Assembly: GCA_036339875.1 (NCBI GenBank) | Contig: JAYZAC010000060.1 | Coordinates: 1 to 28,226, forward strand | DNA from: a bacterium | Lineage (GTDB): Bacteria; Muiribacteriota; UBA6191 | DNA length: 28,226 nucleotides | Direction of reading: 5' to 3' | Part shown: piece by piece, positions 21,360-28,226 of the stretch | Layout: each line of letters opens with the position of its first letter | How positions within the stretch are numbered: position 1 is the stretch's first letter | Position numbers and translations under genes: made by a program | Notes under the pieces: model-generated | What the model saw: only the letters and a program-made list of their open reading frames with translations | Told to the model about the DNA's origin: nothing | The model's database searches: none

Positions 21360-21368
21360 ACTTTATCC

Positions 21369-22754
21369 CTATGCTGTGCTTATAGTAGGTAGGAATTTCT
21401 GGAGACCATAACGTTGAATCCATTGTTCCATTTCACCGTTGAAATTAGTATTATCGCAGCTTTTGCAAAAATCGTCGATTAGTAGTCCGTCATTAAATAA
21501 TTGTTTATTTTTAGCTCCGAAATTGATGTCTCTAGCAGAACTACGATAGTTGGCATACTGTTCGGATCTCCAAAAGTCCTCAAAACTACCAACATCCTTT
21601 GCCTCTCCCACAATCTTGTCTCCGCAACAGAAACTGTAATCCTCACTCAAATCCATATACGAAAAGTTCCAACCAACCAAACAGCGTCTTTTAGAGTGAA
21701 AGTAACCTGACCAGTCTCCGCTAGAATCTAAATTATTGATTTCTTCATCCATATAATCATCAATTTTAATCGTTAATTTATCCTGATAATCCCTTAAAAC
21801 CTTGAACTGTTCTCTAACTTGCCTAGCTTGCTCAGGACTAAGACACAAATGGCGGGACCATGGACTTGGGTGAACTAGCTTATACCAAACTGTATCAAAG
21901 CCATACTCAATACCTGTAAAGGCCATGTCAAGAACCTCTTGATAATTGTCCGAAGTGATTACATGAAGAAAAATTGTGAAGGGTTTAACAAACTCCTTAC
22001 CCGTCTCCTGAATTAGTTTGCGACGTCGATAATTTAAATACTTAAAATTGTCGTAAAGCTTTTCATAACCTTTACGACTCATCATAGGATGAGTCGCTTT
22101 GTAAGAATCAAAACTGACACCCGATACCGAAATCGTAATATTGTCGACACCATTATCAATTATCAGATCGACCAATTTAGGTTTTAGAACTAAACCATTA
22201 GTACTAAAGTTCAATCCTAATCCACGCTTTTTAACTTCAATTACCAACTGTTCAAACATTGGATGGATTGTTGGTTCACCACCACCCACTAATAAAACCT
22301 CCTCAACCATTAATTCTAGGGCATCGTCTAACGTTTCGCGAATTCTATCCAGTGACAAAAATGAATCTTTGTACGCTGGTTCCGCCTTTTCGGGATCACC
22401 AGGATTAATCGCAGAGTGACGTCGGCAGTAAACACAATCCAAATTGCAGCCATAACTAATATCAAATAGCATTCTTTTCGGACCAATAAAAGTTGTATTA
22501 CAGACGGCCCCCAAGGCCCTTAGAAAATCTGGAAAATCTTTTTTAGAAATTGGAGTATCAATTACATTTACGAGATCTTTAATAGATGAAGATAATCGAA
22601 CCTTATCTGGAAGTTGTTTATAAAACTTTTCTTTGAAGCTGACTTTTGAACTCGCAAACTTATGTATTATTGAACGCGGACTAGGATATTTCTTCTTAAA
22701 AAAAGGTTTGAACAAGTCTTTCAAGTCTTTGTATGAAGAACTTAAATTACTCAT
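21369..22754 (-). CDS. Radical SAM protein with SPASM/twitch domain and basic N-terminal extension
   Basis: CNLDCVYC, VGGGEPT, STNG; C-x17-CC...CKSC; Lys/Phe-rich N-terminal region of about 85 aa. Confidence 0.92.
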   Translation of the reverse strand: MSNLSSSYKDLKDLFKPFFKKKYPSPRSIIHKFASSKVSFKEKFYKQLPDKVRLSSSIKDLVNVIDTPISKKDFPDFLRALGAVCNTTFIGPKRMLFDISYGCNLDCVYCRRHSAINPGDPEKAEPAYKDSFLSLDRIRETLDDALELMVEEVLLVGGGEPTIHPMFEQLVIEVKKRGLGLNFSTNGLVLKPKLVDLIIDNGVDNITISVSGVSFDSYKATHPMMSRKGYEKLYDNFKYLNYRRRKLIQETGKEFVKPFTIFLHVITSDNYQEVLDMAFTGIEYGFDTVWYKLVHPSPWSRHLCLSPEQARQVREQFKVLRDYQDKLTIKIDDYMDEEINNLDSSGDWSGYFHSKRRCLVGWNFSYMDLSEDYSFCCGDKIVGEAKDVGSFEDFWRSEQYANYRSSARDINFGAKNKQLFNDGLLIDDFCKSCDNTNFNGEMEQWIQRYGLQKFLPTISTA

Positions 22755-22759
22755 TAATA

Positions 22760-23827
22760 CTATCCTTTAAAGGCACTTTTAATCCCTTTATAAATACGAT
22801 AAATAAGTCTAGACTGAATTGCATTTAATTCACCTCTTAGTTTATCGCTCTGCTCTAAAAAATCTTGTCGTTCGCCTCTCAAAACTTCTGTCTCAGACTC
22901 TAGTGCTGATATTGTACATACAAGTTTACTATGTTCCGCGCGTTCCTGCTTGTGAAGTTCCTTCATACTCAGCAATTCCGATATTATTTCTTTATTAGAA
23001 TTATCTAAGCAGGCTGCATGCTCCTGTAATCGCTCCAACTCTTTTCTTAGGTTCTCGTTATCTTTAGATTGACTTACAATTTGCTGCTTATGCTCATTTA
23101 ATAATTTCATCAATTTTGAATGCTCAGTACTCAAATGTTTTATTTCTGATACTGCCTGCGCAGATTGTTCTCTTCGATGAGTAAGCTCTTCCAGTAAATC
23201 TGCTTTTTCGATCTCCAGCTGCTTACTAAACTCAACTAATTCTGTATGTTTTTCGGCTAATTCAACCAGCTTCTGATGTTCATTACGAGCAGCCTCACAC
23301 TCATCTTTGAGTTTATTTATGATCGTCAATTGACTATCACTGCGAGACTCTAGAAGAGTCACATAATTACCCAGCTTATCAATTTCTTGCATTTGGGAGT
23401 CACTTCGAGACTCCAGCACAATAATATAATCACTGAGCTCCTGAAGTTCCGATGCCTGCTTATCAAAATTTTCCTGTAATAAGCGTAAATCAGCTATGCG
23501 AACATTTAGTTCTTCGAAGGTACTTGAATTAACCTTTTCTAATTCCCCTATGTAATCAACAGACTTTTGATGATCCAGCTCTATTTTTGAACGTAGTTCT
23601 CGTTCCTTATATAGTAAAGCGTTCGATTCCTCCAAATCTTTGCTTCTTTCGCGTAAATTTGCTCTTTCAGTTTTAAGCAAACCACTCAGACGCTTCTGCT
23701 CTTTTTTAATATCATCTAGCTGGCGATTACGCTCTAAAGCGTAATCGCTTGTCCGATGATTAGTTTCTACAAGCTTTAGATAACGCTCCAACAGCTTTTG
23801 CTGCAGAATTGGATTTAATTCAGACAT
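22760..23827 (-). CDS. Long coiled-coil protein with C-terminal basic amphipathic helix
   Basis: E/K/L/Q-rich heptad sequence with no Pro after residue 6; ends AIQSRLIYRIYKGIKSAFKG. Confidence 0.85.
   Translation of the reverse strand: MSELNPILQQKLLERYLKLVETNHRTSDYALERNRQLDDIKKEQKRLSGLLKTERANLRERSKDLEESNALLYKERELRSKIELDHQKSVDYIGELEKVNSSTFEELNVRIADLRLLQENFDKQASELQELSDYIIVLESRSDSQMQEIDKLGNYVTLLESRSDSQLTIINKLKDECEAARNEHQKLVELAEKHTELVEFSKQLEIEKADLLEELTHRREQSAQAVSEIKHLSTEHSKLMKLLNEHKQQIVSQSKDNENLRKELERLQEHAACLDNSNKEIISELLSMKELHKQERAEHSKLVCTISALESETEVLRGERQDFLEQSDKLRGELNAIQSRLIYRIYKGIKSAFKG
23312..23437 (-). repeat. Tandem 63-bp (21-aa) duplication inside the coiled-coil gene
   Basis: LSDYIIVLESRSDSQMQEIDK followed directly by LGNYVTLLESRSDSQLTIINK. 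Confidence 0.8.
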
Positions 23828-23837
23828 TATGCTTTCC

Positions 23838-24935
23838 CTATAAACTTAAATCTCGATACAAGTTCGTATTATTTACAAACCGAAATGCGCAGTTCTGACA
23901 AGGCTCTGGATAATCTCCACTCCCTAATCTTGCTTTACGAAATTTTTGCATTGAAGGCTGATTCCAGAGTTTTGAGAAAGAACCACCAAAATCCAACAAT
24001 TTACCAAGACTAAAGCGATGGCCATGCCCGTGAAAAATAGCCGAACAGCAGGCCATAAGTTCACCATTACTAAGCATAAAAATCATATCTAAAGGCTGGT
24101 TACAGGGCAACTCATGCTTTAAAAAATTGGGGAATTCAATATTTATTCTAAATTCTCGCTGCCATGACTGAATATCAGTATACACTTGATGCAGATGCCT
24201 CAAGTGGAACAAACTCTCCTCTTTCCGTGAAAAGTCATACATTTTTTCAGGAAGTAAATTAATTTTTGTAACAGAATAGTTACTTAAAAAGCTCAAAGTA
24301 TCAGGAATACTATTATGAGTTGCCTTATTCCAGACTAAATTGACCTCCACATCAAAAGGCCCTTGCCATGCTTTAACACCCTTTGACAACCCGGCTCGGT
24401 ATTCACAAAGGTTTTCTAACTGATCCGAAAACTTTGAGAACGAAATTTTGCGATGCTTCTCATACACATCTCCCACACCATCCATGCTCAAAATAATAGT
24501 ATTAAACTCATGTAAGCAATCAGTATGTTTATTTAGCAAAGTACCGTTGGTAATCATGGAGATTTTTAGGTGCTCATCCTGTCGAAAAAAACTTAAGATC
24601 TCTCTAAATTCAGGATGAAGAGTTGGTTCTCCGTATCCCCCAATCAGAAGCTCACTAAAGTATGGAATCAGCGGTCCTAATTCGTCTAGGGTCGATTTTT
24701 CTAAGAATCGTGGTTGATTCAGACTTTTGTCCCAATACGAATGCCCACACGACAAACACTTCAGATTACAACTATTCGTCAGCTCTAATTGCAAAACCAT
24801 TGGTTGTGATTGAAATTTAGAAAACCTGAGATCTCTTTCGAGAAAGTTTAGTTGGCTATTACGAAATGGCCTAGAGCGTCTAAGCTGACTTAGATAGCCC
24901 AGCAAGTTTTTTATTTTGTGCCACCATATCTTCAT
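23838..24935 (-). CDS. Radical SAM protein with SPASM/twitch domain
   Basis: PMVLQLELTNSCNLKCLSC, GGYGEPTLHP, ITNGTLL, SMDG; C-x17-CC...CQNC. Confidence 0.92.
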   Translation of the reverse strand: MKIWWHKIKNLLGYLSQLRRSRPFRNSQLNFLERDLRFSKFQSQPMVLQLELTNSCNLKCLSCGHSYWDKSLNQPRFLEKSTLDELGPLIPYFSELLIGGYGEPTLHPEFREILSFFRQDEHLKISMITNGTLLNKHTDCLHEFNTIILSMDGVGDVYEKHRKISFSKFSDQLENLCEYRAGLSKGVKAWQGPFDVEVNLVWNKATHNSIPDTLSFLSNYSVTKINLLPEKMYDFSRKEESLFHLRHLHQVYTDIQSWQREFRINIEFPNFLKHELPCNQPLDMIFMLSNGELMACCSAIFHGHGHRFSLGKLLDFGGSFSKLWNQPSMQKFRKARLGSGDYPEPCQNCAFRFVNNTNLYRDLSL

Positions 24936-25086
24936 AAATCTTACGGAAAATCTGCATTTTACTCATTTCGAATAACTTATCACGCTCGAATTCATTCAAT
25001 AGCGCGATGTGCTCCAGAAAAGAGTCTCTAGACATTTTATTCAACATGAAGTCGACATACAAACTTGTAGATTCTCTATACTGCAC
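24880..25086 (-). CDS. Possible small helical protein (68 aa) upstream of the radical-SAM operon
   Basis: GTG start preceded by GCAGGGAAG; plausible helical composition; fills an otherwise empty gap. It overlaps the next gene by 56 nt, which weakens the call. Confidence 0.35.
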   Translation of the reverse strand: MQYRESTSLYVDFMLNKMSRDSFLEHIALLNEFERDKLFEMSKMQIFRKIYEDMVAQNKKLAGLSKSA

Positions 25087-25253
25087 TTTTAACTTCCCTG
25101 CTTGTGCATAGATGTCTTCCTTGTCATCTATTATTATAGTAAAACTTACTAAATACTGTTACCCGTCACTAAATAGAGTATCGGTAAAATCTACACCAGT
25201 AGGTCAGAAGTATCATTACACCAATTAATAAATTTCATCAAGGCTGGACAGAA

Positions 25254-26633
25254 CTACTCCCTAATCCCATAAACTTCTTCAAGTCCGAGTTCTCTCCATG
25301 CATCAGGATGAAAAACATTTACATCACCACTACCCATACGAATACGGCCAGCTCTACTGGAGTACTGAACTGTTTGAATCAATTCGCGGCTTCGCTTACC
25401 TGAAATTGTATTCACCCTGTAAAAACCCACTGTCAAACCAGAAAGAGGTTTTCGATCTAGAATTTTATCTCCCTTGGGAAGAGATGAGTCCACGATCGTC
25501 TCCATATCGGCATACTGAACCCGTCTGAATGCTTCTGTAATTTGACCGATACTCGGACCAGATAAACACGTTCTGAATTCTATTTTAACTTTGGAATAAG
25601 GCTTATCTAGTTTAATACTTAGCATAAGAGGCTGATCAAGGGAATTATTAAATACGAAGTCTTGGCCATTACCTAACGCAACATCTAATCCAGGTTTAAC
25701 ATGTTTAATTGTAGGAAGAAAGTAAGCATGATTATGATGCGTCTGAACCTCTATACCCAACTTTAAAACCATCTCATAGATGGATGAAGCAATCTTTTCT
25801 AAGCCATAAAAATCGTTCCATTCAACTCCTTCAACATTAAGAAAGGGCGACTGAAAATCTCCGAGTCTCACTCCGCTGCTCGATATCCATGCTAAAAAAG
25901 AAAATCTGTCTCCTGGATTTAATACTACCTCTAATTCATTCAGTAATAATTCGGCTAAAATCCAGTAAGCTCGGTGCTCTGGTTCAATCTGTAAAGTACT
26001 TTTAACAAGAAGCGTATCGAATTTTGCAACATCTTGGATAACTTCCTCTTGACTGCCCCATCCACCAGCAATTGTGAACCTTCCCTCTGCTTCACCCAAT
26101 ATAGATTTCTCCAAAGCACTGAAAATATTTGAAAAATCAGGCGTCCAGCTGGTTTTGACAATCCGACCTTCTTTTAGCCTAAATTGAGGAGCCTCTCGCT
26201 GAGAAAACCTGCGCTCTAAACCACGCATCGTTTTTTTATGATTCAATCTATAGGGAAGCTCAAAATTATTTTTCTCATATGACAGTAAAAAAAAGTCCTT
26301 AACATGAGTAAACCAATTTCGACCACGAACTTGTTTGAGATAATTGTCTCTTAAAGCATTAGTATCAACCTCGACAAAATAATCTTTATCTAGCTTTAGA
26401 GTTTCTAAACGACCTGTGACTTCAACCACTGCTTGTTTTCTCTCAAAAATGCGTAAATTTAGTTTAGATAGCTCAACCAATCTCTTAAAATTAAATCCAC
26501 TAATATCTCTAGATTTATAATAAGTTCCAGAGGGTAAACCCTCCATCGCTAAACCATGCCCCATCACGTAGAAGAATGCAGTCAGAAGAATCAGACATTG
26601 CAAGAGTAGTAATTTCGCAAAAAAACTTCGCAT
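25254..26633 (-). CDS. Membrane-anchored VanW-like protein with C-terminal G5-like domain (divergent)
   Basis: N-terminal TM. LNPGDRFSF, IASSIY, HHNH...VKPGLDVAL and DFVFNN..DQPLML follow the VanW motif order. VDSSLPKG...GLTV...RELI..VQYSSRAGRIRMG is G5-like. Confidence 0.7.
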   Translation of the reverse strand: MRSFFAKLLLLQCLILLTAFFYVMGHGLAMEGLPSGTYYKSRDISGFNFKRLVELSKLNLRIFERKQAVVEVTGRLETLKLDKDYFVEVDTNALRDNYLKQVRGRNWFTHVKDFFLLSYEKNNFELPYRLNHKKTMRGLERRFSQREAPQFRLKEGRIVKTSWTPDFSNIFSALEKSILGEAEGRFTIAGGWGSQEEVIQDVAKFDTLLVKSTLQIEPEHRAYWILAELLLNELEVVLNPGDRFSFLAWISSSGVRLGDFQSPFLNVEGVEWNDFYGLEKIASSIYEMVLKLGIEVQTHHNHAYFLPTIKHVKPGLDVALGNGQDFVFNNSLDQPLMLSIKLDKPYSKVKIEFRTCLSGPSIGQITEAFRRVQYADMETIVDSSLPKGDKILDRKPLSGLTVGFYRVNTISGKRSRELIQTVQYSSRAGRIRMGSGDVNVFHPDAWRELGLEEVYGIRE

Positions 26634-26647
26634 GTTTTATATTTGAT

Positions 26648-28226
26648 CTATTTAGTACCTCGGGGAACGTGTGTAATAGAGAAACCGCAAGATATAGAGT
26701 ATACAACCAATGCTAGTAACAAAAACAACCACGCTATCGCGATAGTGAAACTATTTTCATAAAAAAAGATATTATTCCATAGGAAGCCTGCGCCATTCCA
26801 CCAAGTTAGAAGAGCAAACCAAAAGAAAAAAGACATGACTAGTCCAATTAGAAGTTTTCCGCTAAATAATTGAGCAAATCCAGGTAATATAAAATTAAGC
26901 TTTTGTACCATAGCCCACATAGATTCTTGGCGCTCTTTCTTAAAGTTAAGTAATCCCTTCTTACGCCTAGCTGGACTTTCGAAACATGCGCTACAAAGTG
27001 GTTCACCATTTAAGATGGATTGACAGTTACCGCATATTTTAGCATCACAAAAACGACAAGATGTGATGACAATATCCATTTTGTCACGTAAGAAAATTAA
27101 CACTCCGATAAGCCCACCACCCATGAGAAACCACCCTAAAAATAATAATAAATTTGCACTAAATTTACTTTCATAGATCCCAGAGAAAAATGTGTTGTGA
27201 CGATCTATCCCCTCTTGTAAAAAAATAGGAGCATAAATGGCTTCACTCTTTTTGGTATGCTTCAAATAACGGTCTACTCCTCCATATGTAGATTGATCTT
27301 GGCGACCGATCCAACCCAAATAATTACTGGCGGATTTCATCTCACCCTTCAATTCATATACTCTTGACAAATTATACAAAACCTTGTCATGAATCGGGTT
27401 TAGATTCAAGGCTTTAGTCAAATGTGGTAGAGCTGCATCAAGCGAACCCTGTCTAGCATAACTAATTCCTAAATTATTTAGAGCCGCAAAATGATCTGGC
27501 TGCTCCTCTAAAACTTGTTGAAAACCTTGTATAGCAAGCTTCATTGAAGATTCAGTGTTCATTAATATTAAGGCCATCTGAAAACGTGCATCAACGTCCA
27601 TTGGATTACGTTTGAGTCGCTTACTGTACTCTTGCTTAACCTCATCAAAATCACCTTCTTGCATCTTTGCCCAGGCGGAGATTTGCCTAATATTATTTAC
27701 ATAACCAACCTTAAAGATAAACGGTAGAATAATTAATAAAACAGCACCTAAAACAAATACAATTTGCTCAAAATCATCCATGAAAGTCCATAATATGATT
27801 GGAATAAAAATCACCAGGCCAGTAGGAAATAAAATCAAAAGGAATCCAACTAGAAAGGTCATGATGGGAATCGAATAACTTCGCTGACCAAAGAGTTCAT
27901 CCACTAAATGTTTTAATTCTGCCTGATTTTTTACAACAATCAATGCTGAAAAACATAGAAGTACTAAAAACATTGCCCAAAGAATATTTAGACCGATATC
28001 CGCCCAAAAAACTTCACTGTAGACAGGCACAGCTATCAGTTTCATGAAAAATGCTTGAGCGTGTTGAATAACTCCACCGGAGCCTGATTTCTCTATAAGA
28101 CTAGACTCAATAGTCGCTAAATCTTTACTGTAAGGATGAAATCTAAAGCCATATTTGATATAACCTCTGGCCAAATCTAATCGATTATTTAATATAGATT
28201 CATGAGCCAACTTAGAGGCATGAAGG
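26648..28226 (-). CDS. Multi-pass membrane TPR protein with six-Cys putative zinc-binding motif, partial (5' end probably outside window)
   Basis: The frame stays open past 28210 to the right edge. TM blocks, TPR motifs (AALNNLGISYARQG..DAALPHLTKALNLNP, VLYNLSRVY), CRFC-x4-CGNC-x9-CSAC, and a C-terminal PGFAQLFSGK TM hairpin. Confidence 0.8.
   Translation of the reverse strand, partial: LHASKLAHESILNNRLDLARGYIKYGFRFHPYSKDLATIESSLIEKSGSGGVIQHAQAFFMKLIAVPVYSEVFWADIGLNILWAMFLVLLCFSALIVVKNQAELKHLVDELFGQRSYSIPIMTFLVGFLLILFPTGLVIFIPIILWTFMDDFEQIVFVLGAVLLIILPFIFKVGYVNNIRQISAWAKMQEGDFDEVKQEYSKRLKRNPMDVDARFQMALILMNTESSMKLAIQGFQQVLEEQPDHFAALNNLGISYARQGSLDAALPHLTKALNLNPIHDKVLYNLSRVYELKGEMKSASNYLGWIGRQDQSTYGGVDRYLKHTKKSEAIYAPIFLQEGIDRHNTFFSGIYESKFSANLLLFLGWFLMGGGLIGVLIFLRDKMDIVITSCRFCDAKICGNCQSILNGEPLCSACFESPARRKKGLLNFKKERQESMWAMVQKLNFILPGFAQLFSGKLLIGLVMSFFFWFALLTWWNGAGFLWNNIFFYENSFTIAIAWLFLLLALVVYSISCGFSITHVPRGTK

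Noticed and set aside
22760..23827. SMC/chromosome-segregation or phage tape-measure assignment for the coiled-coil protein
   Set aside because: No Walker motifs, hinge or phage genes; any similarity would reflect composition only.
17730..25086. Interpretation of the rSAM cluster as a RiPP (ranthipeptide/sactipeptide/PQQ-like) locus
   Set aside because: No PqqD/RRE domain, peptidase, transporter or convincing precursor. Auxiliary Cys patterns are the short single-cluster type, and a glycosyltransferase is fused.

Overview
AT-rich bacterial chromosomal window with no rRNA, tRNA, CRISPR array or transposase recognised. Left end (minus strand): a putative secreted/surface-protein operon, comprising a >774-aa Ser/Thr-rich Ig-like protein that is missing from the ORF track and runs off the window, an FN3-like membrane-anchored protein and a two-repeat 'GWNL...GYW' protein, with a MerR-like HTH/coiled-coil gene upstream. 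Next come floA and a small partner gene. The chaperone operons grpE-dnaK-dnaJ and groES-groEL follow; grpE has a sigma54-type -24/-12 motif upstream and neither operon shows a CIRCE. They are separated by an oppositely oriented MBOAT + SGNH-like O-acylation cassette bracketed by diverged ~31-bp direct repeats. A CPBP protease and HU come next. The most unusual part is a tightly coupled six-gene minus-strand operon (16531-24935): four radical-SAM domains with BtrN-like C-x17-C auxiliary-cluster motifs (one fused to a GT4 glycosyltransferase through an A10 slippery linker), a stand-alone ~350-aa coiled coil with a WbdD-like basic amphipathic tail, and an apparently catalytically dead CCA-adding-enzyme homologue. 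This is a candidate undescribed radical-based glycan-tailoring system. The right end holds a degenerate VanW-G5 protein and a partial TPR/Cys-cluster membrane protein. All family calls come from motif recognition by eye; no searches were run.
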